From Oscillospiraceae bacterium (lineage in GTDB: Bacteria > Bacillota > Clostridia > Oscillospirales > CAG-272): 64,000 nt of DNA. Within the stretch, counting starts at the first letter, position 1. Each line of letters starts with the position of its first letter. The DNA is taken from positions 82,591-146,590 of the forward strand of contig SVRP01000002.1 of assembly GCA_015064735.1 (NCBI GenBank). The letters run 5' to 3'. Position numbers and translations under genes: made by a program. The notes below the pieces were generated by a model, which saw nothing but the letters and a program-made list of their open reading frames with translations, was not told where the DNA came from and did no database searches. Shown here in pieces: positions 52,058 to 64,000 of this stretch.

Positions 52058-52075
52058 AACGGAGGTAGATCAGAA

Positions 52076-53276
<1,201 letters not shown>

Positions 53277-53306
53277 TCACTAAAACTAAAAAAACGGAGA
53301 AAAGCT

Positions 53307-53813
53307 ATGCAAACATTAGATGTCATTTCTGTCAACATATGGCAGATATTGATCTCTCTGCTAAATCTTGTTTTGCTCTTCTTTATTCTCAAAAAGTTTC
53401 TCTTTAAGCCCGTAAAAAACATACTTGCCAAGCGTCAGAGCGAAATCGACAGCAAGTACGATGTTGCCGACCAAGCAATAAACGAAGCCGAGCAAAGCCG
53501 TGTTGAATATGAAGAAAAGCTTTCCGGTGCGAAAGCTGAAGCAGATGCTATTTTACAAACAGCTACCGATACCGCAAAACTGAGGGGCGATAAAATTGTC
53601 GCCGATGCTCAACTAAAGGCTGATGGTATTATCAGACGTGCCGAAACAGAGGCTGAGCTTGAGCGTAAAAAAGCAATTGACGGTATAAAGCAGGAAATCG
53701 TATCCGTATCGGGTGCTATCGCCGAAAAGATGATCGAACGTGAAATTAACACCGACGATCACAGAGCGCTTATTGATTCCTTTATTGAAGAAATAGGTGA
53801 AGACAATGATTGA
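53307..53813 (+). CDS. atpF: F0F1 ATP synthase subunit b
   Basis: A single N-terminal TM, then a long charged helix (KPVKNILAKRQSEI...). Confidence 0.9.
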   Translation: MQTLDVISVNIWQILISLLNLVLLFFILKKFLFKPVKNILAKRQSEIDSKYDVADQAINEAEQSRVEYEEKLSGAKAEADAILQTATDTAKLRGDKIVADAQLKADGIIRRAETEAELERKKAIDGIKQEIVSVSGAIAEKMIEREINTDDHRALIDSFIEEIGEDND

Positions 53814-54336
53814 TGTAGGTAAGGAATACGGAGCCGCACTCTTTATGCTTGCCTGCGAGCGGAATAAGAAAAAGGAATATGCAGGAGAATTAAAGCTTAT
53901 AGAAGAAGCTTTTAAGGAGTCCACGGAATATGCGGAGTTTCTGTCTTCCCCGAGTATTCCGGTAAAAGAAAGACTGTCAGCTATAGAAAGTGCATTTGCC
54001 GGCAGTCTTTCAGAGGACGTACTCTCATTTTTCCTTCTTCTTTGTGAGAAAGGACGTATGCCCTGCCTCGAGATCGCAATAAATGAATATAACGCTCTTT
54101 TAGATGCTTCTGAGCGTATTTCCACCGCAAGGGTAATAAGTGCGATTCCCTTGACTGACGGTGAAAAAGCAAAGCTTAAAGAAAAACTTGAAGTAATGTA
54201 CAAGCGCACTGTAAACCTCGAATGCTCGGTTGATGAAAATGTGCTTGGAGGTCTTATAGTTGAGGTTGACGGTAATACTATGGACGGAAGTCTGCGTTAC
54301 CGTTTACGTGAGGTAAAGGAAGTGATGAACAGATGA
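53806..54336 (+). CDS. atpH: F0F1 ATP synthase subunit delta
   Basis: OSCP-like (YGAALFMLA..., [18 protein letters not shown]). Start at ATG 53806 overlaps the atpF stop (ATGATTGA). Confidence 0.9.
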   Translation: MIDVGKEYGAALFMLACERNKKKEYAGELKLIEEAFKESTEYAEFLSSPSIPVKERLSAIESAFAGSLSEDVLSFFLLLCEKGRMPCLEIAINEYNALLDASERISTARVISAIPLTDGEKAKLKEKLEVMYKRTVNLECSVDENVLGGLIVEVDGNTMDGSLRYRLREVKEVMNR

Positions 54337-55826
54337 ACACAAGGCCTGAAGAGATCAGTAACGTGATCAAAGAACAGATAAAAAATTACAGATCCAAGGT
54401 TGAAATGAAGGAAACGGGTACCGTTATTCTCGTAGGAGACGGTATAGCGCGTGTATACGGACTACGTGCGTGTATGTCCAGTGAGCTTCTTGAATTTGAA
54501 GACGGAAGCTTTGGAATGGCACAAAATCTTGAAACTGAAACAGTTTCTGTTGCCCTTCTTTCTGACTCTAACAATATTCGTGAAGGTTCAACCGTAAAAA
54601 GAACCGGAAAGGTTTTATCGGTTCCCGTGGGCGATGCTCTCCTTGGAAGAGTAGTTAACGCCCTCGGCGCACCTATCGACGGAAAAGGCCCTGTCGAAAC
54701 AACAGAAATTCGCCCTATTGAATCGGAAGCTCCCGGTATTATAGAAAGAAAGAGCGTTTCCGTTCCCCTTCAAACAGGAATAAAAGCAATTGACAGTATG
54801 ATTCCAATTGGACGAGGTCAGCGCGAGCTTATTATAGGCGACCGACAGACGGGTAAAACAGAAATTGCAATCGACACGATCATAAACCAAAGGAATACCG
54901 ACGTTATATGTATTTACGTAGCTATCGGTCAGAAGAACAGCTCTGTTGTACAGCTTGCGAATGAGCTTACAAAGGCGGGTGCTATGGAATACACCATTAT
55001 CGTCTCGGCTTCGGCATCCGAATCCGCACCGCTACAGTACGTTGCGCCCTATTCCGGATGCGCTATGGCTGAATATTTCAGAGAGCAAGGAAAGGACGTT
55101 CTTATTATTTATGACGACCTTTCAAAGCATGCAGTAGCATACAGAGCTCTTTCCCTGCTAATCCGCCGTCCTCCCGGACGTGAGGCTTACCCCGGAGACG
55201 TATTCTATCTCCATTCCCGTCTTCTTGAGAGAGCGGCATGCGTTGCCCCCGAATTCGGTGGCGGCTCCATTACTGCGCTCCCACTCATTGAAACTCAGGC
55301 AGGCGACGTATCCGCATATATTCCTACCAACGTTATTTCTATTACTGACGGACAGATATTCCTTGAGACAGAGCTTTTCCATTCGGGTGTTATGCCCGCA
55401 ATAAACCCCGGTATCTCTGTAAGCCGCGTAGGAGGTTCTGCACAGCTTAAGGGAATGAAAAAGGTATCGGGCGAATTGAAGCTTCTTTACTCACAGTACC
55501 GCGAGCTTAAGGCATTTGCGCAGTTTGGAAGCGATCTTGATGCAGATACAAAAGCACGTCTTGCCCTTGGTGAAAGAATCGTTGAGGTTCTCAAGCAAAG
55601 CAAGAATTCTCCCATAAGAGTCGGTTGTCAGGTTGCTATCGTATATGCGGTAATTAACGGTTACCTGAACGATACTCCTGTAAACAAGGTAAAGGAATAT
55701 GAAGCAAATCTTTACGAGTTGCTTGAAAATAAACACAGCAGCTTCCTTGAAAGAGTCGAATCCGGTTCATGGGACGATAACGATATAGCAGAGTTAAAGA
55801 CGGCTCTCGAAGAGCTCAAGAGGTAA
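54333..55826 (+). CDS. atpA: F0F1 ATP synthase subunit alpha
   Basis: GDRQTGKT Walker [10 protein letters not shown]. Confidence 0.98.
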   Translation: MNTRPEEISNVIKEQIKNYRSKVEMKETGTVILVGDGIARVYGLRACMSSELLEFEDGSFGMAQNLETETVSVALLSDSNNIREGSTVKRTGKVLSVPVGDALLGRVVNALGAPIDGKGPVETTEIRPIESEAPGIIERKSVSVPLQTGIKAIDSMIPIGRGQRELIIGDRQTGKTEIAIDTIINQRNTDVICIYVAIGQKNSSVVQLANELTKAGAMEYTIIVSASASESAPLQYVAPYSGCAMAEYFREQGKDVLIIYDDLSKHAVAYRALSLLIRRPPGREAYPGDVFYLHSRLLERAACVAPEFGGGSITALPLIETQAGDVSAYIPTNVISITDGQIFLETELFHSGVMPAINPGISVSRVGGSAQLKGMKKVSGELKLLYSQYRELKAFAQFGSDLDADTKARLALGERIVEVLKQSKNSPIRVGCQVAIVYAVINGYLNDTPVNKVKEYEANLYELLENKHSSFLERVESGSWDDNDIAELKTALEELKR

Positions 55827-55830
55827 TCGC

Positions 55831-56634
55831 ATGGGAGCTGATATAAAGCAACTGCGCGTAAGAATAAAGAGTGTTGACTCTACCCTGCACCTTACAAAAG
55901 CGATGGGGCTTGTAGCTTCGTCAAAAATACGCAAAGCTACCGATTCCATGAATAAGGGCAAGGAATATTCTCGAGCTCTTGAAGATACGGTCGAACAGCT
56001 TTCCACCTATGACGAATGTAAAAAAAGCCCCTATATGGCTTCTCGCAATACAGGTAAGCTTTGTCTTATAGTCGTTGCGGGAGACCGAGGTCTTGCGGGA
56101 GGCTACAACGCAAATATCTTCAGATTAATGCGTGAATATCCCGACGCGCACGTTATTCCCATCGGAAAACGAGCTTGCGACAGATACGGCGGAGAAATCC
56201 GTCTTGCGGAAGGCTTTTCATACAGTGAAGCAAAACTTATTACCGACCAAATATGTAAGGATTTTATCGAAGAAAAATTCGACAAAGTAGGTATAGTTTG
56301 CACAAAGTATATTTCCATAATGTCTCAAGAAGCGCATATAAAATGGCTTCTTCCCCTTGAAAGGAAAGAAAATGCTAAATCAGTAAGCGCGATTTTTGAG
56401 CCCGATGAGATAACAGTTCTGAACAACGCAATACCCGAATTTATTGCGGGTATAATCACTTCCTGTGTCAAAGAAAGCTTTGCAAGTGAGGTTGCAGCAA
56501 GACGCGTAGCAATGGATAACGCGGGAAAGAACGCGCAGGAAATGATAAATGATCTTGGTCTGAAATACAACAGAGCAAGACAAGGCGCAATCACCCAGGA
56601 GATCACCGAGATCGTAGCGGGAAGCGGCCTATAA
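55831..56634 (+). CDS. atpG: F0F1 ATP synthase subunit gamma
   Basis: IKSVDSTLHLTKAMGLVASSKIRKA at the N-terminus and ARQGAITQEITEIVAG at the C-terminus. Confidence 0.95.
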   Translation: MGADIKQLRVRIKSVDSTLHLTKAMGLVASSKIRKATDSMNKGKEYSRALEDTVEQLSTYDECKKSPYMASRNTGKLCLIVVAGDRGLAGGYNANIFRLMREYPDAHVIPIGKRACDRYGGEIRLAEGFSYSEAKLITDQICKDFIEEKFDKVGIVCTKYISIMSQEAHIKWLLPLERKENAKSVSAIFEPDEITVLNNAIPEFIAGIITSCVKESFASEVAARRVAMDNAGKNAQEMINDLGLKYNRARQGAITQEITEIVAGSGL

Positions 56635-56643
56635 ATCTTTTAA

Positions 56644-58314
<1,671 letters not shown>

Positions 58315-58316
<2 letters not shown>

Positions 58317-58356
58317 AAAAATACTGTCTCAAATTTTTTTGAGACAGTATTTTTTT
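58315..58356. terminator. Bidirectional terminator (atp operon / pfk), related to the TGTCTCAAA/TTTGAGACA hairpin family
   Basis: AAAAAAATACTGTCTCAAA (58315-58333) pairs with TTTGAGACAGTATTTTTTT (58338-58356). Confidence 0.8.
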
Positions 58357-59578
58357 ATAGTCTTTCCTTGAGAACAAACTGAATCGGCAGACCGTTTCTT
58401 ACCTGAAGATTCTGCTCTCCCTGAATAAGAGGCAGACAGTAATCTATTGCATCTTGAGTTACGTCGTGCCCGTTTTCGTTTATCCATTCAAGAGGGAAAT
58501 ATTTTACCTTATTTGCAACAAGTGATGTTTCTACATGCTCTATGCGGATAATGTAAGGATGGTTGGATACACGCTTAAATACCATGGTAACCCCTGAATA
58601 TCCATCAAGCGCAACCTTGACAGCCGCACCGCCTATCCTTTCTGCTTCGGTAATATCTCGCTTTGAGCTTATATGCGATGAGCACCTCTGCATTACGTTA
58701 AGCTCAATAGCTCTTACCTTACATCCAATCTCCTTTGCAACAATCTTTGACAATGCCTTGGCAACTCCCGCAAGATACTTATGTCCAAAATTGTCAACGT
58801 AACCCGACTGAAAATCTCCGCCAACCTCTTCAGGGTCAGGAGAAACACCTTCGGAAACAGCAACTATAACCGCGTAATGCTTATTTTGCGCTTCTCTAAC
58901 ATCATCAATAAATCTCCTGACAGAAAACTTATTTTCGGGAAGATAGATAAGGTGAGGGGACACTTCTCCATTCGCGCGAAGCACAGCGGTTGCCGCCGTA
59001 AGCCAACCGGTATCTCTACCCATTATCTCAACAATAGTAACAGATGGGATAGAATATACACTACTGTCTCTCGTTATTTCCTGAATGGTAGTTGCTACGT
59101 ATTTTGCCGCAGAACCGAATCCGGGAGTATGGTCGGTATAAGGCAGATCATTATCGATTGTCTTGGGAATTCCTATGACTTTTATGTCAATATTCTCTTT
59201 TGTAAAATATCTGTGTAGCTTGTCCACCGTATCCATGGAATCGTTTCCGCCTATATAGAAAAAAGCTCCAATGTTATGCCTTTTAAGAGTGTGAGTTATG
59301 GATTTGTAAACGCTTTCATCCTTCTCAAAATCCGGAAGCTTATATCTGCACGAACCGAGCAAGGTAGACGGAGTCTGTCTTATAAGCTCTACGTCCTCGT
59401 CGGTTTTAATAATATTTTTAAGATCAACAATATGGTCTTTGATAAGCCCCTCTATTCCATTGACAGAACCGTAAACGGTCTTGATCTCGTCATACTTTAC
59501 CGCATGTCTGAAAACTCCCATAAGAGACGCGTTAATAGCGCAAGTAGGTCCTCCCGATTGTGCAACTGCAATGTTCAT
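58355..59578 (-). CDS. Phosphofructokinase, probably PPi-dependent (diphosphate-fructose-6-phosphate 1-phosphotransferase)
   Basis: PFK fold (AVAQSGGPTCAINAS). GGNDS and PKTIDND are present instead of the ATP-type GGDGS and PGTIDND. Confidence 0.85.
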   Translation of the reverse strand: MNIAVAQSGGPTCAINASLMGVFRHAVKYDEIKTVYGSVNGIEGLIKDHIVDLKNIIKTDEDVELIRQTPSTLLGSCRYKLPDFEKDESVYKSITHTLKRHNIGAFFYIGGNDSMDTVDKLHRYFTKENIDIKVIGIPKTIDNDLPYTDHTPGFGSAAKYVATTIQEITRDSSVYSIPSVTIVEIMGRDTGWLTAATAVLRANGEVSPHLIYLPENKFSVRRFIDDVREAQNKHYAVIVAVSEGVSPDPEEVGGDFQSGYVDNFGHKYLAGVAKALSKIVAKEIGCKVRAIELNVMQRCSSHISSKRDITEAERIGGAAVKVALDGYSGVTMVFKRVSNHPYIIRIEHVETSLVANKVKYFPLEWINENGHDVTQDAIDYCLPLIQGEQNLQVRNGLPIQFVLKERL

Positions 59579-59610
59579 TTTCTTCCTCCGTTGATATAAA
59601 AATATATAAA

Positions 59611-59634
59611 GGTCTCTGCATAAATGCAGAGACC
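59611..59634 (-). terminator. Terminator after trxA
   Basis: GGTCTCTGCA pairs with TGCAGAGACC. A U/A-rich tract follows on the minus strand. Confidence 0.6.
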
Positions 59635-59641
59635 ATGTTGT

Positions 59642-59956
59642 TTATTTAATTCCGAGAGCCTCAACTATCGAAGCCTTGGGGTATGCCCCAACTATTTTTT
59701 TAGATACCTCGCCCTTGTTCATTACAATGAGCGTAGGAATACTTACGATACCAAACTGTACGGCGAGCTCGGGGCAATCGTCAACGTTGATCTTTCCAAC
59801 GAGTATCTCAGGATACTCCTCTGCAATCTCGTCAACAATAGGCGAAACCATGCGGCAAGGACCGCACCAATCGGCATAGAAGTCCAAAAGAACCGTCTTT
59901 TCGCTTGTCTTGATTTCATTTTCAAAATTAACTTTATTTACACTTAATACAGACAT
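59642..59956 (-). CDS. trxA: Thioredoxin
   Basis: 104 aa with the active site DFYADWCGPCRM. Confidence 0.95.
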   Translation of the reverse strand: MSVLSVNKVNFENEIKTSEKTVLLDFYADWCGPCRMVSPIVDEIAEEYPEILVGKINVDDCPELAVQFGIVSIPTLIVMNKGEVSKKIVGAYPKASIVEALGIK

Positions 59957-59962
59957 CTTTCA

Positions 59963-60169
59963 TTATCCTTTTGATTTATAATATAGCATACAGTGGCAGT
60001 ACCCCTCAAAATTGGGATCGGCTATCTGCGCCTTGAATTCCTCGCAAATACATTTGTATTCTTCGAGCTTTGGTATTCTGCAGGGGCAATATCCGTCTTT
60101 TTTCTTTAATCCCTCTTTTATACGGGCAACAACTTCCTTATCGGGATTCAGAGTGATATTCGGTTTCAT
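59963..60169 (-). CDS. Ferredoxin-thioredoxin reductase catalytic-subunit-like protein (68 aa)
   Basis: GYCPCR...CIC...GYCHC is a CPC/CxC/CHC triad. The first-to-last spacing is the same as in FTR catalytic subunits. It sits 6 nt upstream of trxA. Confidence 0.7.
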   Translation of the reverse strand: MKPNITLNPDKEVVARIKEGLKKKDGYCPCRIPKLEEYKCICEEFKAQIADPNFEGYCHCMLYYKSKG

Positions 60170-60251
60170 TCTTATTCCCTCCTGTTTTGCTTTACACGAT
60201 TATTGTATCATATTTTTCTTAAAAATACAATAGCTTTTTTAATGTTTTTCT

Positions 60252-60725
60252 TTATTTTTCAAAACCGTGTATAAAGCCCGTTATTTCTGCCGAACAAATA
60301 TCGCCGCCTATAACTCTGTTTCTGTAAACAAAGATGTTTGCGTAAACCTTTCCTTCATAATTCGGATAATTGGTTATTTCATATGTATACTTCATGACCT
60401 TTTTTCCCTTATAATCAGAAAGATCAAGTCCCTGTTTTTTCTGTATTTCGTTATATCCGGAAAAAAGGCTGTCGAACTCTGACGGGACAGTTGTTTCTGT
60501 GCTGTTAACAGGCTCAGATTTTACTTCCCAACCGAATTGAGAAAGAAATGAAATTCTGTTCTCATTGTTAGCAACGCCTGTGTAGTCTATTTTTTTATCC
60601 TGTATAACCGCTAAATCCTCCGTACCCGCGGGAACAAACGCAATGAGAGTAATAACTGCCGCCAACGCAACACAGATAACTGCAAACAGCTTCAACGTAC
60701 TTGCCTTTAAGGTATAAATAAACAT
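60252..60725 (-). CDS. DUF4830-like protein (N-terminal TM anchor)
   Basis: N-terminal TM, then NENRISFLSQFGWEV...VPSEFD..F..YN.IQK.QGLDL..YKGK. The family assignment is from memory. Confidence 0.6.
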   Translation of the reverse strand: MFIYTLKASTLKLFAVICVALAAVITLIAFVPAGTEDLAVIQDKKIDYTGVANNENRISFLSQFGWEVKSEPVNSTETTVPSEFDSLFSGYNEIQKKQGLDLSDYKGKKVMKYTYEITNYPNYEGKVYANIFVYRNRVIGGDICSAEITGFIHGFEK

Positions 60726-60794
60726 AGAGAAATCCTCCGATCACCGTATAATTCTAATAAATTATATTATGACCGGAGAATTTATATTACTTTT

Positions 60795-61922
60795 TTACGT
60801 TGCTTTGAAGTAAAAGCTTTTTTCTCTTGCATAGACGCTGTTAGCAAGTCCTATAAGCAGGTACATAGCAAGCACCGACGAACCTCCGCAGCTCAGGAAC
60901 GGAAGCGTTATTCCGACAACAGGAACCAACGCAAGGCACATCCACAGATTTTCCATTGACTGAACGATAATGATTGCGGCTATTCCGGCGCAAATCAGCC
61001 TTCCAACGTTATCTCGGCATTTTATAGCTATAGTTATCAATCTTACAGTTATTACCGACAAAGCAACAACTACACTTGCACCCCCAACAAACCCAAACTT
61101 TTCACAAATAGTTGCAAATATAAAGTCGGTGTGGGATGCGGCAAGATCCTCGTAATGCCCCGCAGTTTTAAGGCCGATTCCAAACCATCCGCCGGCGGCT
61201 ATGGTCTCTCGGCTCAAAAGCGGTTGCTTGCCCACGTTATTGGGATCAAGCTCGGGAGCAAAACCGAATATTATTCGGCTCTGCTGATAGGGTGCAAGCA
61301 GATCCCATATAAAAGGAAATGCCAAAACAATAATTGCAGCAAAAAGCAACAAATACCATACGGATATTCCGGCGCAAAATAGCATCACGGCTATAATTCC
61401 AAGATAAACAAGGGCAACTCCCAAATCTCCAGATAACAAAATAAGTCCTACAACAACAAACGCATGCAAAAGTACCCAAGCAAGTGTCTTAGGCTTATTT
61501 ATAGTATCTTTTACCTTGTTCAGATGAAAGGAAAAGCTACACAAAAAGGCTACCTTTACAAATTCCGAGGGCTGTATTGCTATACCAAAGACAGGAATTC
61601 TCAACCAGCTTTTATTTGCCGTTACCATTTTATCGCCTGTACTACCGAAAATAAGGGTGATTGCAAGAAGCATTACTGACCCTATAAGCATATATAACCA
61701 AAATCTGTCAATAAGAAATTTATAATCTATACGGGAAATGATAAACATGGCAACAAAGCCCACAAGCGTCATAGCGATCTGCATTACAAGCTTTATTCTT
61801 CCAAAATTCTCTACCGCTCCGTATACGGTCAGTATACTTAATACTGATAAATATGCCGTTGCAATGAAGAGTATAGGATCCAAACGCATAGTTCTTGCGC
61901 CTGATTTGTTTCTTCTGTTCAT
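60795..61922 (-). CDS. FtsW/RodA/SpoVE family SEDS glycosyltransferase
   Basis: 10-TM pattern, with SEFVK, GDLG and the TDFIFA...E..G motifs. Confidence 0.9.
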   Translation of the reverse strand: MNRRNKSGARTMRLDPILFIATAYLSVLSILTVYGAVENFGRIKLVMQIAMTLVGFVAMFIISRIDYKFLIDRFWLYMLIGSVMLLAITLIFGSTGDKMVTANKSWLRIPVFGIAIQPSEFVKVAFLCSFSFHLNKVKDTINKPKTLAWVLLHAFVVVGLILLSGDLGVALVYLGIIAVMLFCAGISVWYLLLFAAIIVLAFPFIWDLLAPYQQSRIIFGFAPELDPNNVGKQPLLSRETIAAGGWFGIGLKTAGHYEDLAASHTDFIFATICEKFGFVGGASVVVALSVITVRLITIAIKCRDNVGRLICAGIAAIIIVQSMENLWMCLALVPVVGITLPFLSCGGSSVLAMYLLIGLANSVYAREKSFYFKAT

Positions 61923-61953
61923 ATCACTTCCCCCTTTCGCAATTTATATAGCA

Positions 61954-61981
61954 AACGGCGAAGCGTTAATACTTCGCCGTT
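61954..61981 (-). terminator. Hairpin terminator after proS
   Basis: AACGGCGAAG pairs with CTTCGCCGTT. Confidence 0.55.
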
Positions 61982-61987
61982 ATGTAA

Positions 61988-63427
61988 TTAATACTGTCTG
62001 CCGAATACAACCATATGCTTTGCGGGCTTTCCGCAGCATACACACTTATCGGATATATTCTCTTCCACAAAAGGAATACAGCGAGATTTTACTCCGCCCG
62101 TTTCGTCCTTAAGCTTGTCCTCACACTCTGCATCTCCACACCACATTGCCTTAATAAATCCGGGATTATTCTGAGCAATATCAAGGAATTCATCGTGATT
62201 TCGAGCAATGTTCATTTTCTCTGCAAGATTCTTCTCTGCTCTTGCATAAAGCTCATCGTGAACTGCCTTCAATGCCTTCTCTACCTCTTCAACTATATTA
62301 TCAAGAGATACAAAGGTCTTTTCTCTGCTTACGCGGCTTACGAGAACACAGGAATTGTTTTCAATATCACGGGGACCTATTTCAAGTCTGAGCGGTACTC
62401 CCTTCATCTCATACTGGCTAAACTTCCAGCCGGTGGAATTATCACTATCATCAAGCTTTACACGGAACTTTTCAGAAAGCTGTTCCTTAAGTGCGTTTGC
62501 TTTCTCAAGTACTCCCTCCTTATGCTGTGCTACGGGAATGATAGCTACCTGAATAGGAGCTACCTTAGGAGGAAGGATAAGTCCGTTATCGTCTCCGTGG
62601 GTCATGATAATAGCGCCTATCATTCTCGTAGAAACACCCCACGAGGTCTGATGAGGATACTGTACCTTATTTTCTCTGTCCGTATACGTTATATCAAAAG
62701 CTTTGGCAAATCCGTCTCCGAAATAGTGAGAGGTTCCGCCCTGAAGGGCAACACCGTTATGCATCATGGGCTCAATGGTATAAGTCTCCTTTGCGCCCGC
62801 AAATTTCTCCTTCTCGGTCTTTCTTCCTGTTACGGCAGGAATAGCAAGAGTTTCACGGTAGAAGTCCTCATAACACTTAAGCATTTTTAATGTTTCTTCT
62901 CTTGCCTGCTCCTCATTCTCATGCATGGTATGCCCCTCCTGCCAAAGGAACTCAGAAGTACGGAGAAACGGTCGGGTGGTCTTTTCCCATCTTACAACAT
63001 TACACCACTGATTGTAAAGCTTGGGAAGATCTCTGTAAGAATGAATTATATTTTTATAGTGATCGCAAAAAAGTGTCTCGGAGGTAGGACGAACGACAAG
63101 TCTTTCAGCAAGCCTATTCTGTCCTCCAATCGTTACTATCGCGCATTCGGGAGCAAATCCTTCAACGTGATCCTTTTCCTTCTGAAGGAGGCTTTCGGGA
63201 ATAAACATGGGCATATATACGTTTTCGTGTCCCAATTTTTTGAATCTCGCGTCAAGGTCATGCTGAATATTCTCCCAGATCGCATATCCGTAAGGACGAA
63301 TTATCATACAGCCCTTAACACCCGAATAATCAACCAATTCAGCCTTTTTTACTACGTCGGTATACCACTGAGCAAAATCAACGTCCATAGACGTAATCTG
63401 CTCTACCATCTTCTTATCGTTTGCCAT
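61988..63427 (-). CDS. proS: Proline-tRNA ligase (archaeal/eukaryote-like short type, ~480 aa)
   Basis: [34 protein letters not shown], class II motifs and a C-terminal Zn-binding domain (CVCCGKPA). Confidence 0.95.
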   Translation of the reverse strand: MANDKKMVEQITSMDVDFAQWYTDVVKKAELVDYSGVKGCMIIRPYGYAIWENIQHDLDARFKKLGHENVYMPMFIPESLLQKEKDHVEGFAPECAIVTIGGQNRLAERLVVRPTSETLFCDHYKNIIHSYRDLPKLYNQWCNVVRWEKTTRPFLRTSEFLWQEGHTMHENEEQAREETLKMLKCYEDFYRETLAIPAVTGRKTEKEKFAGAKETYTIEPMMHNGVALQGGTSHYFGDGFAKAFDITYTDRENKVQYPHQTSWGVSTRMIGAIIMTHGDDNGLILPPKVAPIQVAIIPVAQHKEGVLEKANALKEQLSEKFRVKLDDSDNSTGWKFSQYEMKGVPLRLEIGPRDIENNSCVLVSRVSREKTFVSLDNIVEEVEKALKAVHDELYARAEKNLAEKMNIARNHDEFLDIAQNNPGFIKAMWCGDAECEDKLKDETGGVKSRCIPFVEENISDKCVCCGKPAKHMVVFGRQY

Positions 63428-63478
63428 TTTTTACCCTTTCTCTGCAAAGACATAATTACTAAAAACTTATACCATATT

Positions 63479-63507
63479 ATTATAAATCATAAAGCGAGAA
63501 AAGTCAA
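63479..63507 (-). promoter_or_regulatory. Sigma-A promoter for proS
   Basis: Minus strand: TTGACT (63507-63502), 17-nt spacer, TATAAT (63484-63479). Confidence 0.55.
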
Positions 63508-63577
63508 TAGCCGAAAACTTATAATTTTAATTATATATGGAAAAATATCTTATAAAAAAGAAAGGTGGGCGATTTTT

Positions 63578-64000
63578 GTGAACAATTCAGCAATAAATAT
63601 TCTTGGAATCACATTTAAATTACGAAGCAAAGAAGAAATAATAAAAGAAATAAAAGGATTATTGACCTCCCGCCAAAAGTCAGAAACAGTTTTCACTCCA
63701 AATGCGGAAATTCTTTTTAAAGCGTACCGAGATGACACATACAGAAAAACGATAAACTCTGCTTCACTACTGATACCCGATGGAATCGGAATTAATATTG
63801 CTATTAAGGCACTTAGCAAGAAAAGGTCGGAAAGAACAACGGGAATCGAAATTGCGGAATATGTTCTCGGAGCGGCATCAAAAAACGGTCAGCGCATTTT
63901 TCTTCTTGGAGGAAAGGACGGAATTGCGGAAAAAGCAAAAGAAAGATTAGAATCAAGGTATGAAAATATTTGTATTACCGGAACTCATCACGGATATTTT
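63578..64000 (+). CDS. WecB/TagA/CpsF-family glycosyltransferase, N-terminal part. The CDS continues past the right window edge.
   Basis: Absent from the track because it is open-ended. Translation from GTG 63578 (AAAGGTGG RBS) gives VNNSAINILGITFKLRSKEE...TVFTPNAEILFKAYRDDTYRKTINSASLLIPDGIGINIA...IFLLGGKDGIAEKAKERLESRYENICITGTHHGYF, typical of TagA-like enzymes. Confidence 0.8.
   Translation, partial: MNNSAINILGITFKLRSKEEIIKEIKGLLTSRQKSETVFTPNAEILFKAYRDDTYRKTINSASLLIPDGIGINIAIKALSKKRSERTTGIEIAEYVLGAASKNGQRIFLLGGKDGIAEKAKERLESRYENICITGTHHGYF

Noticed and set aside
51649-52068. A 139-aa ORF overlapping atpI in another frame
   Set aside because: Its product is basic and non-hydrophobic junk. 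The frame starting at 51668 gives a four-helix membrane protein, as expected for AtpI at the head of the operon.
62015-62890. A 291-aa ORF antisense to proS
   Set aside because: It has no RBS, a junk-like composition, and lies entirely inside the well-supported proS CDS on the opposite strand.
63428-63577. A T-box leader upstream of proS
   Set aside because: The whole intergenic region is only 150 nt and is shared with the tagA-like promoter. It contains a consensus promoter about 50 nt from the start codon. No specifier hairpin, T-box sequence or terminator/antiterminator is visible.

Overview
This window looks like a core chromosomal segment of a moderately AT-rich, spore-forming Firmicute (Clostridia-like), and I found no convincing novel multi-gene system in it. 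All calls come from reading the ORF translations and the DNA by eye; no searches or computations were run. The sporulation assignment rests on spoIIP, gpr, a pdaA-like deacetylase and an FtsW/SpoVE-family gene.

Recognisable content:
- **Metal homeostasis:** a feoA-feoB-(Cys-rich Feo-associated peptide) cluster followed by a P1B-type heavy-metal ATPase, plus a divergent DtxR/MntR-family repressor.
- **Regulators:** two sigma-70/ECF-like factors.
- **Central metabolism:** ackA, hom and a PPi-type phosphofructokinase.
- **Protein targeting:** ylxM-ffh-rpsP-KH, SRP RNA-dnaX-ybaB-recR and secA.
- **tRNA and RNA modification:** tmcAL, trmL, mnmA and a THUMP methyltransferase, plus tRNA-Met and tRNA-Glu genes.
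- **Energy:** a complete F-type ATP synthase operon (atpIBEFHAGDC).
- **Other:** trxA with a ferredoxin-thioredoxin-reductase-like gene, proS, a Y-family polymerase/YolD pair, and a GH2/AraC sugar module.

There are no CRISPR arrays, transposases, integrases, prophage genes or recognisable defence genes.

The most interesting items are single genes or small modules:
- an orphan 280-aa protein with 25 cysteines, including an uninterrupted Cys7 run;
- a translationally coupled pair of unassignable polytopic membrane proteins that appear co-transcribed with secA;
- an ATP synthase whose c subunit carries a Na+-type, two-carboxylate ion-site signature and whose epsilon subunit lacks the C-terminal domain;
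- a family-5 solute-binding lipoprotein with two extra C-terminal TM helices and no transporter partner;
- a pair of perfect palindromes marking a likely DtxR-family operator in the feo locus.
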